DNA of 64,000 nt from Coraliomargarita sp. GTDB taxonomy: Bacteria > Verrucomicrobiota > Verrucomicrobiia > Opitutales > Coraliomargaritaceae. Both the position numbers and the translations under genes were made by a program. The notes beneath the pieces are model-generated. The model ran no database searches, had not been told where the DNA came from, and saw only the letters and a program-made list of their open reading frames with translations. Location of the stretch: contig OZ244160.1 of NCBI GenBank assembly GCA_965216325.1, positions 1,536,001-1,600,000 on the forward strand, in the 5' to 3' direction. Below, piece by piece: positions 44,439-55,487 of this stretch; position 1 is the stretch's first letter, and every line of letters starts with the position of its first letter.

Positions 44439-46592
44439 TCAGTTCAGGTGTTTTTCAACCGCGCTGCGTATATTTCCCTTCGTGAGCTGCTGTGGCAGCA
44501 CGGTCACCTCACCATCGGCATTATAGAGCAAATACAACGGCACTCCGGCGCGGCCATAGTCCTGCAGCACCGTTGCGATCACTGGATCACGTAAGGTCCA
44601 ATCAGCCTCTAAAGTCACAACGCCGCGCGCCTCAAACAGTTCAGTGATTTCGTCGCTGCGCAACGGGACCTTATTCACCTGGCAAATCGCACACCAACTC
44701 GCGGTAAAATCGACAAAGACGGGATTTCCTTCAACCAGTTCGGTTTCCACTCGTTCGGGAGACCAGGTAGCCCAGGCGCCTGCAGTCTTCACAGTCGAAT
44801 GCGCGCTGACATAGGCAGCCTTGAGCTTTTGTGCGCCCACAAAGGTGCCCCCCACGATTGCCAGCAGTGCCAACGCGAGGGCAATCCGTTGCGTCGACTT
44901 CGGCTTCACCGGGGCGCCCCAGCGACCATAAATCCACGCGCCGATGGCAGCAGCCAAAATCACGATCAAAAGAATCAACATGCCATCCGTGCCCCCGGAC
45001 TTACCAATGATCCAAGCAACCGCGAGCACCGCGAACATCAGCGAGAAGCCCATGATCTGCTTAACCGTCTCCATCCATGCGCCCGGCTTCGGCATAAACT
45101 CAATCAGCTTCGGAAAGATCGCGAACAACAGGAACGGCGACGCCAGGCCGAGGCCCATCGTGCCAAAGACGAGCAGTCCTTGCGGCACCGTCGCCTGGAT
45201 CGCGATACCGCTGACACCTGCAAGTAATGGCCCAATGCACGGTGCGCCCACGACCGCGGCAAACACACCCATGCCAAACGAACCCAACACATCGTTGCGC
45301 TGCGATACCTTGGCATCCGCGCCAACCAGACCCATGCCGACCTCAAACACGCCCAGTAAATTCAAACCGAACACAAAAAACAGCACGCCCAAGGTTAACA
45401 TGAAGCCCGGGCTTTGTAGTTGGAAGCCCCAGCCTACTAATTCCCCTCCAGCACGCAGCGCAAACAACAAGCCCGCCAAGGCGAGGAAACAAACCACCAC
45501 CCCAGCCGTGTAAGCCAAGCCATGCGCCATCGCATGACTGCGCGACTGACCGCTATGCTTCAGTAAAGAAAATACCTTCAGCGACAACACCGGCAACACA
45601 CAGGGCATCACGTTGAGAATCAAACCACCGAGGAAGGCCAGCACCAACCAGCCAACCAGACCCACACTCAACAGGTAGGCCTCAAAACCACTCGCATCCT
45701 CCTCTGTACCAACGGGCGCCTCGACGGCAGCCGCTGTGGAAACCTTCCCGACCAAGGCAGTATTCATCGGCACGCTCACCTCCCAGTAGCTGCCATCCAC
45801 ATACAGCAGTCCCTCAATACGCTCAGGCTGCTGCTCAAAAAACGGCGCACTTAACTCCAGAGTCATTTGCACTGTGCCATCCTCAGCAAAGGCAAGGGCC
45901 TGTTTTGCATCCGGATTAATCAAGCCCACCGGCTCCGCGAAAAAATACACATCCGTGCCGGCTTCAAGCGGCCTGCCATCCAGACTGCGCACGCTGACGA
46001 TCAACTGCTTCACCGCGTCATCCACCACCGAAGCGAGCGCCCATGCTGAATCCGTCAAGGCCAGCTTGGCTCGCGCCGCCGTAAATGCGTCCACATGCTC
46101 ACTTGCTTGACTCTCCGTACCAACAGCCAGGCTCAAGCTCAACTCTGCCTCATCCGGCAGACAAAAATCCTTACAAATCAACCAGCTTGCTTCGACCTTT
46201 AAGTCGACACGCTCTCCAGCAAAATCGGGCGAAATCGTGATCGGCACGAGATAAAGCACTTCGTCTTCGTAACCATAATTAACAAAGATATCGAGGGGGA
46301 TGCGCTCAGGGACCTGCCACTGAATGTCACCAGCAGTCACGCCATCAGGCAGATCCCACTCCAGTTCGATCGGCAAGCCATTCGAGCCCGGATTCGCCCA
46401 ATAGAGGTGCCAGTGTGGCTCGAGGACAAAGCGTAGGGCCACATCTACCGTATCACCCGCCACGACCTGTTGTTGCTCCGCAATCAACTCAACCGTCGCA
46501 CTCTCCACCTCAATCAGCTCCGCTCGCAATGCTAGCAATGGCATTAGCATCAAGCCCAACAGAGAGAATACTCGTAATTTTAAAAGTCGCAT
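44439..46592 (-). CDS. DsbD family thiol:disulfide interchange protein
   Basis: WH.YW.NPG, C...C, LNVMPCVLPVLSLK, PC.GP, WCAIC. Confidence 0.92.
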   Translation of the reverse strand: MRLLKLRVFSLLGLMLMPLLALRAELIEVESATVELIAEQQQVVAGDTVDVALRFVLEPHWHLYWANPGSNGLPIELEWDLPDGVTAGDIQWQVPERIPLDIFVNYGYEDEVLYLVPITISPDFAGERVDLKVEASWLICKDFCLPDEAELSLSLAVGTESQASEHVDAFTAARAKLALTDSAWALASVVDDAVKQLIVSVRSLDGRPLEAGTDVYFFAEPVGLINPDAKQALAFAEDGTVQMTLELSAPFFEQQPERIEGLLYVDGSYWEVSVPMNTALVGKVSTAAAVEAPVGTEEDASGFEAYLLSVGLVGWLVLAFLGGLILNVMPCVLPVLSLKVFSLLKHSGQSRSHAMAHGLAYTAGVVVCFLALAGLLFALRAGGELVGWGFQLQSPGFMLTLGVLFFVFGLNLLGVFEVGMGLVGADAKVSQRNDVLGSFGMGVFAAVVGAPCIGPLLAGVSGIAIQATVPQGLLVFGTMGLGLASPFLLFAIFPKLIEFMPKPGAWMETVKQIMGFSLMFAVLAVAWIIGKSGGTDGMLILLIVILAAAIGAWIYGRWGAPVKPKSTQRIALALALLAIVGGTFVGAQKLKAAYVSAHSTVKTAGAWATWSPERVETELVEGNPVFVDFTASWCAICQVNKVPLRSDEITELFEARGVVTLEADWTLRDPVIATVLQDYGRAGVPLYLLYNADGEVTVLPQQLTKGNIRSAVEKHLN

Positions 46593-46658
46593 AGAGCACA
46601 AGATAGCTCAGCTGATGTTTTATTCCAGCTTTCTAAACCGCTCTTTCTCCACTCAAAG

Positions 46659-46761
46659 GTAGGGGCGCGACTTGCCTGCCCTGAGCCTGTCGAAGGAGAC
46701 GCGCCCACCCGAGCATCAACACCAAGCACGCAAAACGGGCGTGCAGAACGCCCACCCCTAC
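46659..46761. repeat. GTAG REP doublet with nested mini-hairpin
   Basis: gtaggggcgcgacttg[cctgccctgagcctgtcgaagga]gacgcgccc ... gggcgtgcagaacgcccacccctac. Confidence 0.8.
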
Positions 46762-46770
46762 AATTCCACC

Positions 46771-47721
46771 TCATCGCAATACCCGCTTGACCGTTACGCT
46801 CGGCAACTCACCAAAGCTGCGCTTATAATCCGCTGAGAACTGCCCCATGTGCCAGAAGCCCCACTCTGCGGCTACATCACCAATCGACCGCTGCGGCTGC
46901 CGCAAAAGATCCCGTCGCACACCCTGTAGGCGCCGATGCTGGAGATACTGCTTCGGTGTCATGTGCAATTGCTGTTTAAAGGTATACTGCAAGGTGCGCT
47001 CACTTGTGCCAGCAATACGGCAAAGCTCATCGAGTGTGATCGGCTCTCGCAGATGCTGGTCCACATAGGCCAATACTTCTCTGAGAACACGCATCCGCGA
47101 CGAATTCCTTGAAGCTTTCTTGAGTGTCCCGGGCCTGCTCCATACATTCAGCATCAAACTGAGCAACTGATCCAAGCCCTCGCTAATACGCTGCTGATTC
47201 CGCAGAAATTGGTCGTCCGATAATTGATGTATGCGATTCAACTGCATCCGCATGGCCAGTAACGCACGCGAATCCACGTGACACAACTCGTAGCGGTTCA
47301 ACAACTGGGCCCCATCCGATAACTCTAGCTGCTCCAACTTCTTCGCAATGCGCTCTTCCGAAATCGTCACCGTCAGAATATCAAAACAAGTATTCGACAT
47401 CGACTCCAGCTGACGATCCTTCGGGAAACACATCAACTGATCGCCGCCCACTTGATGGCCACGCCAATTCAGATTCAAATTCGGGGTGTTCGGAAGGACA
47501 AAGGTCCGGCCGCCTTCAGGCGCAAGCCCGCGCTGATGCAAGCGACTCCGAAATCGTGCCTTGCCCAATTGAAAGTCCGGCAATCCGACCTGACTAAGCT
47601 GTGCATCAAAGCCACCACCCTCCAGCTGGCAGAAGTCCAAATCCCACGCCCGAGTGGACTCAGTGAAATGGTCCACATCGTCGAAGTGCATCTGAAACTT
47701 ATAGCTGGTCGAGACGGACAT
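46771..47721 (-). CDS. AraC family regulator (EutR-like)
   Basis: SERTLQY.F, P..YL..RRL, WGFWHMGQFS.DY...FGELPS. Confidence 0.92.
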   Translation of the reverse strand: MSVSTSYKFQMHFDDVDHFTESTRAWDLDFCQLEGGGFDAQLSQVGLPDFQLGKARFRSRLHQRGLAPEGGRTFVLPNTPNLNLNWRGHQVGGDQLMCFPKDRQLESMSNTCFDILTVTISEERIAKKLEQLELSDGAQLLNRYELCHVDSRALLAMRMQLNRIHQLSDDQFLRNQQRISEGLDQLLSLMLNVWSRPGTLKKASRNSSRMRVLREVLAYVDQHLREPITLDELCRIAGTSERTLQYTFKQQLHMTPKQYLQHRRLQGVRRDLLRQPQRSIGDVAAEWGFWHMGQFSADYKRSFGELPSVTVKRVLR

Positions 47722-47965
47722 CAGGGCAGGTCAATTTTGCGGTTTTTTGATAGTCAGGCAGTAAATTGCTTAGAGTGCGTCGGACGTGTTACCGAAGCGT
47801 TATAAACTTCTCGCCCAAAGCGCAAATAAAGACTCCGGAATTTGACTCATATCTGAGCTAAAGCATGATTGAGAGCACTGCTTTACTGATTTCGACATGG
47901 TTGACGCCGCGCTCAATACAGCCCGTAGCAACCACTACGCTCACCCAACAACTACACCACACGAT

Positions 47966-49660
47966 ATGAAGCTAAAGGCCACCCTCACTGCGGTCTCTGC
48001 GCTAGGATTTGCTGCCAGCGCTCAAGCCGCCGAACTGATCCACGACGCCGAACACTACCTCCTCGAAGCGCAACACGGCGACCGTTGGGCACAAGAAGAT
48101 GCCGACATCACCAAGAAGCTTGCTGCACTTGAAGCGAAGCACGGCACTCGCCCCAACATCATCCACATAATGTGGGACGATATTGCCCTCGGAGAGATCG
48201 GCATTCCTGAAATTCAGAAAGTGCGTGGCTTTGAAACACCGCATATGAATAAGATGGCCGAAGACGGCATCAACTTCATGCGTATGTATACCGAGCCCGC
48301 CTGCACACCGACTCGCGCGGCCTTCCAAACCGGCCGTTATGCGATCCGCAGCGGCATGCACACCGTCTCCTTCCCCGTGGAATACTCCGGCATGGATGCC
48401 GACGAAGTGACCATCGCTGAAGTGCTCAGCAACGAGGGCTACATGACTGCCTTCCACGGCAAATGGCACCTCGGCGACACCGAGTTCAGCTATTGCCACA
48501 AGCAGGGCTATGACGAGGCCTTGTTCACGCCTTACAATCAGGTCCCGAGCATGTGGCAGCCTCAAGCGGAAGCCATGAATGTCATCACCGGCCTCTTCCC
48601 TGAACTCTACGGTGAGGACAAATACGAACTCGATCGTTCACATTGGCCGGTAGGCTCTGTGTGGGCACTCGAAGGCAAAAAGTCAGATGGCAAGACCTAC
48701 GAGTGGCGCGATACTGCCGAAGGCACCAACTATTGGGATCTGATCACCGAAACGCGCTCCCGCACACTCGACTTCATCGACCGTGCCGTGGAGGCGAAGA
48801 AGCCATTCTTCATCGCGCACCATCCGATCATGACTTCCTTCATTCCGGATCCGCGCAATCCAAAGAAGAGCTCTGCCAATAAGAACATTCCAGCCGAGTC
48901 ACTTGAAGACATCGACAGCTTCGTGGGTGAACTCCTTGCACACCTCGAAGAGAAGGGCATCGCCGAAAACACATTGGTAATCGTGCAGGCTGACAACGGC
49001 CCCTTCATTCACTACGGCCCGCGCGGCATGGTCGAAACGCTCTACTCTGGCGGCAAGGGTGACTTCACCGAAGGTGGCGTCCGCGTGCCCTGTATCGCGG
49101 TTTGGCCCGGAGTGATTGAGCCCGGTCAAATCGTTGGCGACATGCTGCATGTGTCCGATTTGTTCACAACATTCGCACGCCTTGGCGGCGCGATGGACCA
49201 CATTCCTACTGACCGCGTGATCGATGGTGTTGATCAGACCTCACTCTTCCTCAACGGAGACGGCTACAGTCGCCGCGACTATGTTATGATCTACGTTGGA
49301 CCTGCACTTGCCGCAGGCGTGAAAGGCCGCTTCAAGCGCGACTGGAAAAACGCCACTCCGGGCCTCTCCAAGAACGAGTTCTACGACCTCTACACTGACC
49401 CACGTGAGCGCACCGGTGAAATGATTCAGCAGTTCCACGTGAAGAGCATGTTCAACCGCCAGCGTCAGCGTCACGAAATGTGGATCGAAAAGTATCCAAA
49501 CCGCCCCGACGCAACCCGCGGACCTGCTCTCACCGGCATTGAAAACGTCCGACCTGAAACGGAGAAGATCTCAACCTGGCCGGTTGATCCGGCGAAGCTG
49601 CCATTCGACCCAGCTGACGTGCTGGATCACGACCTTCCATTCACAGGGAGCGACCTTTAA
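47966..49660 (+). CDS. Cys-type (S1) sulfatase
   Basis: PNII.I..DD, CTPTR, GKWHLG, DNG; signal peptide. Confidence 0.92.
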   Translation: MKLKATLTAVSALGFAASAQAAELIHDAEHYLLEAQHGDRWAQEDADITKKLAALEAKHGTRPNIIHIMWDDIALGEIGIPEIQKVRGFETPHMNKMAEDGINFMRMYTEPACTPTRAAFQTGRYAIRSGMHTVSFPVEYSGMDADEVTIAEVLSNEGYMTAFHGKWHLGDTEFSYCHKQGYDEALFTPYNQVPSMWQPQAEAMNVITGLFPELYGEDKYELDRSHWPVGSVWALEGKKSDGKTYEWRDTAEGTNYWDLITETRSRTLDFIDRAVEAKKPFFIAHHPIMTSFIPDPRNPKKSSANKNIPAESLEDIDSFVGELLAHLEEKGIAENTLVIVQADNGPFIHYGPRGMVETLYSGGKGDFTEGGVRVPCIAVWPGVIEPGQIVGDMLHVSDLFTTFARLGGAMDHIPTDRVIDGVDQTSLFLNGDGYSRRDYVMIYVGPALAAGVKGRFKRDWKNATPGLSKNEFYDLYTDPRERTGEMIQQFHVKSMFNRQRQRHEMWIEKYPNRPDATRGPALTGIENVRPETEKISTWPVDPAKLPFDPADVLDHDLPFTGSDL

Positions 49661-49683
49661 TTCAACTCGAAGTATTTCGAACA

Positions 49684-49712
49684 AGAGCCCGCGGCATCAT
49701 CGCGGGCTCTTT
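49684..49712 (+). terminator. hairpin/terminator
   Basis: aagagcccgcg...cgcgggctcttt. Confidence 0.6.
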
Positions 49713-49721
49713 CATCCATTC

Positions 49722-50111
49722 ATGAAGATCGAACATCTCGCTATTTGGGCACAAGATCTGGAACGCTTGAAGGCCTTCTACGAAACCTACTTTGCAGCCG
49801 TCTCAAATGAGAAATACGTCAACCCAAGCAAAGGCTTTGAATCCTACTTCCTAAGTTTTGAGGATGGTGGTCGCCTTGAGATCATGCAGATGACCAGCAT
49901 TCCGGAATCTAAAAACGATCCGATACAACAAGCTACTGGCATCGCTCATTTCGCCTTTAGTCTGGGCTCAGAACAGCGAGTCAACGAGCTCACCGCTCAA
50001 CTCAAAGCAGACGGCTATAGAGTGATGGACGGCCCACGTCACACGGGCGACGGCTATTACGAAAGTGCTATATTGGACCCCGAGAACAACCGCATCGAGC
50101 TAACCGTATAA
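49722..50111 (+). CDS. VOC/glyoxalase family protein
   Basis: IEH.AIW..DLE, HFAFS.GS, TGDGYYES..LDPE.NRIE. Confidence 0.9.
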   Translation: MKIEHLAIWAQDLERLKAFYETYFAAVSNEKYVNPSKGFESYFLSFEDGGRLEIMQMTSIPESKNDPIQQATGIAHFAFSLGSEQRVNELTAQLKADGYRVMDGPRHTGDGYYESAILDPENNRIELTV

Positions 50112-50127
50112 TCTATCTGGGCGCACC

Positions 50128-51012
50128 ATGATCAAAGCACCCTCACTCATCACACTTTGCCTAACTACCACACTCGCAGCACATGGAGAAGCAGCCGACC
50201 AAGAAGCGCTCTCCCAACAGGAACTCGCCAAAGCCTCCCAGAATCCAATCGGTAACCTCATTAGCGTTCCCTTCGAAAACACCATCTACTTCGACATTGG
50301 CCCCTCGGATTCCACAGTCTTTTCAACCACGATGAAACCGGTGTATCCGGTAAATTTCGGGGATATCAATCTCATCAACCGCTTTATCATTCCATACATA
50401 TACGCGGAAGGTCAGGATAAGGACGACCTTGAGGATTTAATTCCGGAGGATGGTGACGGCGGATTCGACCCCGGCTTCGGCTCCACCATCAACGCTGCAA
50501 CTGGTAGCGCCAACGGTCTCGGCGACGTCACCTATCAAGGCTTCTTCACCGATGCCACACCGGGCCCCATTCTCTGGGGAATCGGTCCCGCCATCACCTT
50601 TCCCACCCACACCGAAGACCGCTTCGGCTCCGATAAGGTGTCTGCAGGCCCCTCGATTGTGGTGCTCGCCAAACCGGGTAAGTGGCTCTTCGGCACCCTC
50701 GTGCAACACCAATGGGATGTTGCGGGCAGCAGCGGCGCAGACGATGTGCACAAAACCAGCATGCAGATCTTTGTAAACTACAACCTGAGCGATGGCTGGT
50801 ATCTCACCAGCGCACCGACGATCACCGCGAATTGGGAGGCCGACAGCGATAATCGCTGGAAAGTCCCCCTCGGAGGAGGCGTCGGCAAACTCCACCGCTT
50901 CGGCAAGATGCCGGTCGACTTCAAGTTGATCGGTTACTCCAACGTCGAGCAATCCGACTTCGGACCCGATTACGAAATTATGTTCAGCGTCAAATTCCTG
51001 TTCCCGAAATGA
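50128..51012 (+). CDS. outer-membrane channel-like protein (often annotated neuromedin U/transporter)
   Basis: LAK.SQNPI.NLISVP, GLGD, W.VPLGGG.GK. Confidence 0.75.
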   Translation: MIKAPSLITLCLTTTLAAHGEAADQEALSQQELAKASQNPIGNLISVPFENTIYFDIGPSDSTVFSTTMKPVYPVNFGDINLINRFIIPYIYAEGQDKDDLEDLIPEDGDGGFDPGFGSTINAATGSANGLGDVTYQGFFTDATPGPILWGIGPAITFPTHTEDRFGSDKVSAGPSIVVLAKPGKWLFGTLVQHQWDVAGSSGADDVHKTSMQIFVNYNLSDGWYLTSAPTITANWEADSDNRWKVPLGGGVGKLHRFGKMPVDFKLIGYSNVEQSDFGPDYEIMFSVKFLFPK

Positions 51013-51038
51013 TTGAATCAACACCACTACCGACTACC

Positions 51039-52685
51039 ATGAAAACGACACTCACCACTCTACTCACCCTAGCGGTAGGCATCTCACTAAGCCATGCCGC
51101 GGATCCAATTATTCACGACGGCGAGTTCAACTTCGTCAAAGCACAATACGCAGACCAATGGGCTGCCGAGGACAAAGAGATCGAAGCGAAGCTTGCGGAC
51201 ATCCGAGAGGCCAATGGCGGCAAGCGCCCCAACATTCTCTACATTTTGATCGACGACGTCAGCTTCGGCCAGATGGGCAGTAAGAAGATGAATTACGTCA
51301 TGGGCATTGAAACGCCCAACCTGAATCAACTGTCCAAGGAAAGCCTTAACTTGATGCGGATGTATACCGAGCCGTCCTGCACACCGACTCGCGCGGCCTT
51401 TCTAACAGGACGCCATCCAGTGCGATCCGGGATCAAGGAAGTGAAGGTCGCACTCGTCGGCGAGGGACTCCCAGCAAACGAAGTGACCATCGCAGAAGTG
51501 CTTAAGGCAGCAGGCTACAACACCGCGCACATTGGTAAATGGCACCAAGGCGACATCGAAGAGGCCTACCCGCACAATCAAGGCTTTGATTATGCCGCAT
51601 TCCCACTGCATCAGCAGGTGCAACTCACCGTCATGACGCCCGAGTCTGGCTACGCCAACAACCAGTTTGGTTACAACCGTATCCTGCAAAACGACCGCTA
51701 TGAGGTAGATAAGAAATTCCGCCCATTCGGTCTAGTCACAGGCGTCGAAGCGGAAGCGGGTGGACTTGCACGTGAAGTCGATCTCGAACCCGGCGAAGAA
51801 TGGACACATCAACACTACGTCGAAATGAATGAGCGCTATCAGCGCCAGATTCTCGAGCAAGTGGATACCTTAGCGGCAAAGGACGAGCCCTTCTTCCTCC
51901 AATACTGGCCACTCTATCCGCTCAACTTCGTCAACGAGCCAAACCCTCAATCACTCAACGCAGGCTTTCATGCTGAAAAGCTGCAACTATTGGATGGCTG
52001 GATCGGCGACCTACTGGACCGCCTTGAAGCAACCGGCGAGGCCGACAACACCATCGTCGTGTTCATGGCCGACAACGGCCTCATGTATCATTACGAAGGC
52101 ACCTCCGGCCTCAATCAGCTGATCTATCGTGGCGGTAAAACCGACTTCACCGAGGGCGCTTTACGTGTCGATGCCTTTGTCCGTTGGCCCGGTGTATTGG
52201 AAGCAGAAAGCTATGTTGGCGACATCGTTCACGTTTCCGACCTCTACACCACCTTCGCACGCATCGCTCAAGCAACTGACTACATTCCGCGTGATCGCAT
52301 CATTGACGGCATCGACCAAACCGCATTGCTGCTTAACGGCGAAACACACGGCCGTCGCGACTACGTCTATGTCTATCAAAACGATATTCTTCGCGCCGTC
52401 GTGAAGCAGGAGTATAAGATGCACACACCGGCACCCGGCATGCCCGGAGCGGCCGCTCCAGTCTTCAACCTATATCGCGACCCGCGCGAAGAGCATCCGC
52501 AAATTGGCACCGCTCTGTGGTCGGGTGCCAGCTTTCAAGACATGGTCTACCGCCACATGTTAATGATCGGAAAGTATCCGCACAACCAGCTGGGTAAAGG
52601 TGTGCCCTATGAAGGCATCGAAAACCTCCGACCTGAAAGCGTCGAGACCGTTGAAACGTTCATGTCGTGGAAGCCTCAGAAGTAG
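51039..52685 (+). CDS. Cys-type (S1) sulfatase
   Basis: PNILYILIDD, CTPTR, GKWHQG, DNG. Confidence 0.92.
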   Translation: MKTTLTTLLTLAVGISLSHAADPIIHDGEFNFVKAQYADQWAAEDKEIEAKLADIREANGGKRPNILYILIDDVSFGQMGSKKMNYVMGIETPNLNQLSKESLNLMRMYTEPSCTPTRAAFLTGRHPVRSGIKEVKVALVGEGLPANEVTIAEVLKAAGYNTAHIGKWHQGDIEEAYPHNQGFDYAAFPLHQQVQLTVMTPESGYANNQFGYNRILQNDRYEVDKKFRPFGLVTGVEAEAGGLAREVDLEPGEEWTHQHYVEMNERYQRQILEQVDTLAAKDEPFFLQYWPLYPLNFVNEPNPQSLNAGFHAEKLQLLDGWIGDLLDRLEATGEADNTIVVFMADNGLMYHYEGTSGLNQLIYRGGKTDFTEGALRVDAFVRWPGVLEAESYVGDIVHVSDLYTTFARIAQATDYIPRDRIIDGIDQTALLLNGETHGRRDYVYVYQNDILRAVVKQEYKMHTPAPGMPGAAAPVFNLYRDPREEHPQIGTALWSGASFQDMVYRHMLMIGKYPHNQLGKGVPYEGIENLRPESVETVETFMSWKPQK

Positions 52686-52731
52686 GCGCTCACGACCCCA
52701 CTGAATTAACGGTTCTCCTTTTCCAAGAGAC

Positions 52732-53628
52732 ATGACCACTCGTTCTTACTTACACCTAAGCACACTCCTCTCAATCACTGCGGTATTCGTTGACTGCTCA
52801 CCGACAGCGGAGGAATCCTCAGCGTCCGACACACCCGTTCGCCATATCCAACTCGAAGGCGAACCCAACTTCCGCGATCTCGGTGGTTACAAAACCGTCG
52901 ACGGTCGCACCGTCATATGGCGACAAGTCTTCCGCACGGGAGAACTCGGCAAATTGACCGATGCCGATGTCGAGAAACTCGAAGAGCTCAAACTGAAGAC
53001 CATGGTCAATTTCCTCTTGCCCGCAGAGATTGAACAACACGGAGAAGACCGCCTTCCCGAAGGCACCGAATCCATTCTCGATCCAATTACAGGCGAGCGC
53101 TCCGCTGAACTCTCGCTCGTGGCACAGAACGCGATCATGACCGCCAACTTCGACGTACTCCCCGCAGAGATCAACCTCGAGATTCACGCGATTTTGATGG
53201 ACGAAGCAAAAGAGCAATATGCTCGGCTCCTCCGCACGCTCGCGGATCCCGACAAACGCCCCGCAGCCTTTCACTGCTCTCACGGCGTGCACCGCACTGG
53301 CACCGCGAGCGCCATTCTCTTGAGTGCACTCGGCGTCCCTTGGGAAACCATTCGTCAGGACTACGTGCTCACCAATGAGGTGCGCGCGGATTACAACGAA
53401 GCCACCTTCGAAAAACTGCGTGCCATGGCCGCCAAGAAGAGAAATACTGCACCCGACGAGGTCGACATGACGAACCTCAAAGCCTTCTACATACTCGAAG
53501 GTGCCTACATCGATGGCGCACTCAAAGCCGCTGAAGCTGAATACGGATCGATGGAAGCTTACATCCGCGATGGACTCGGCATTAGTGACCAAGAAATCCA
53601 AGCACTCCGCGCTGAATTACTCGAATAA
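52732..53628 (+). CDS. protein-tyrosine phosphatase family protein
   Basis: NFRDLGGY, HCSHGVHRTG (Cx5R), DY.LTN. Confidence 0.88.
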   Translation: MTTRSYLHLSTLLSITAVFVDCSPTAEESSASDTPVRHIQLEGEPNFRDLGGYKTVDGRTVIWRQVFRTGELGKLTDADVEKLEELKLKTMVNFLLPAEIEQHGEDRLPEGTESILDPITGERSAELSLVAQNAIMTANFDVLPAEINLEIHAILMDEAKEQYARLLRTLADPDKRPAAFHCSHGVHRTGTASAILLSALGVPWETIRQDYVLTNEVRADYNEATFEKLRAMAAKKRNTAPDEVDMTNLKAFYILEGAYIDGALKAAEAEYGSMEAYIRDGLGISDQEIQALRAELLE

Positions 53629-53798
53629 GCAACTGGAGGGCAACGCTCTTCAAGCCTGAGCCTGTCGATGGCGTCGTTGCCACCTCAGCACAAACTTACA
53701 ACCCCATGGCAATGACGGAGCATTGCCCTCCAGCAAACGTAGAACAGATTTGATTTAAGCCATATCTTCGCCAAGCTAAGCAGAGCGATCTAATCATT

Positions 53799-55472
53799 AT
53801 GAAAAGCCACTACCTACTCACAGGCGCTGCCCTATCATTCGCAGCACTTACGTCGGCTCACGCAGCCGACATAATCCACGACGCCGAGTTCTACATTTCC
53901 AAGCAGCAGAACAGCACGAAGTGGATGGCCGAAGACAACGCACTGGATGCCACCCTTGCGGAGTTCCGCGAAAAAAATGGCGGCAAGCCTCCCAACATCT
54001 TTTACATCCTGATCGACGACATTGGCTTTGGTGACCTCGGCAGCAAGACCCTCAACATGGTGCGCGGCTACGAAACCCCATCGATCAACAAGCTGGCCAA
54101 GGAAGGCATGCGCCTCGGCCGTATGTATACCGAACCCTCCTGCACCCCGACTCGTGTTGCCTTCATGACGGGCCGTCAGCCCTACCGTAACGGCATGGGG
54201 AATACTGCGGTCGACATCTCCGGCTTCGGTCTTGCCGCCAAGGAAGTCACACTCGCGGAAATTCTTTCCGATGTAGGTTATAACACTACGCACATCGGGA
54301 AATGGCACATGGGCGACATTCAGGAAGCATGGCCAAACTACCAAGGCTTCGACTTCGCAGCCTTCCCGATCCACCAACAAGGCCAGTTGACCATCTTCAA
54401 CGACGATGCTGCCAACGAAGAGGTCTCCGTTGGCATTGGCGCGAATAACTACGACGATAAATTCACCCTCGACAACTGGCTGCGCACGGACGCCTCCTCC
54501 ATGGTTTGTGGCGTTGAGGGGCACCGAGACCAACCCGTGCGCGAAGTCGACATGCAACCGGGCGAACGCTGGACCGAAGCCAAATACAAGGAGATGAACT
54601 ATCGCTATCAGGCGCAGACAATGGAGCACCTGCGCAAGCTAGCCAAGCAAGACGAACCCTTCTTCCTGCAATACTGGCCGCTCTATCCGCTCACTGGACC
54701 ACGCACTGCATACGATGAATACACCACACCCAACGGCGGCACTTATGTTGAAAAGATGAAGCTGGTCGACCAATGGATTGGTGAGCTCATGGACGAGATG
54801 GAAACACTCGGCGTCGCAGACAACACCATAGTTATCGTGATGGGCGACAATGGACACTTTACCAAGTATTCTCCGCAGTCCGGTTACACACCGATGATCT
54901 TCCGCGGCGGCAAAGGCTCCACCACCGAAGGGGGCGTGCGCGTCGATGCCTTCGTCCGCTGGCCAGGTATGATCGAAGCCGACTCTGTGGTAGGCGACAT
55001 GGTTCATGTTACCGACCTCTTCACCACACTCGCTCGCGTAGCCGGTGCTTACGACAAGATTCCAACTGACCGGCTGATCGACGGCCTCGACCAGACCTCG
55101 CTTTTGCTCAATGGTGAAACCCACGGCCGTCGCGACTACGTATTCCTCTACAACATCAACGCACTCGAAGCCGTGGTGAAGGAGCAGTTCAAACTCGCCA
55201 TTCCGGGCGGTAAGATTGAGAACGCAATTCTCGCGGACTTCTACGATCTCTATCGCGATCCTCAGGAAAAGTATCCGGTATCGACCGAGATCGGAGCATG
55301 GGGTGGTGCGAAGTTCGTCCGCATGGTCATGCGCCACATAAAGCGCAAGGAACTATATCCTGACGAGGGCCCTGCCATTGGCATGCCCTATCAAGGCATC
55401 GAGAACTTGCGCCCGGAATCTCAAGCTGCCGTCCAGGAATTTCTCTTCATGATGAAGAGCCCAGAAATGTAA
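53799..55472 (+). CDS. Cys-type (S1) sulfatase
   Basis: PNIFYILIDD, CTPTR, GKWHMG, DNG. Confidence 0.92.
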   Translation: MKSHYLLTGAALSFAALTSAHAADIIHDAEFYISKQQNSTKWMAEDNALDATLAEFREKNGGKPPNIFYILIDDIGFGDLGSKTLNMVRGYETPSINKLAKEGMRLGRMYTEPSCTPTRVAFMTGRQPYRNGMGNTAVDISGFGLAAKEVTLAEILSDVGYNTTHIGKWHMGDIQEAWPNYQGFDFAAFPIHQQGQLTIFNDDAANEEVSVGIGANNYDDKFTLDNWLRTDASSMVCGVEGHRDQPVREVDMQPGERWTEAKYKEMNYRYQAQTMEHLRKLAKQDEPFFLQYWPLYPLTGPRTAYDEYTTPNGGTYVEKMKLVDQWIGELMDEMETLGVADNTIVIVMGDNGHFTKYSPQSGYTPMIFRGGKGSTTEGGVRVDAFVRWPGMIEADSVVGDMVHVTDLFTTLARVAGAYDKIPTDRLIDGLDQTSLLLNGETHGRRDYVFLYNINALEAVVKEQFKLAIPGGKIENAILADFYDLYRDPQEKYPVSTEIGAWGGAKFVRMVMRHIKRKELYPDEGPAIGMPYQGIENLRPESQAAVQEFLFMMKSPEM

Positions 55473-55487
55473 TCACCTTTCATATAA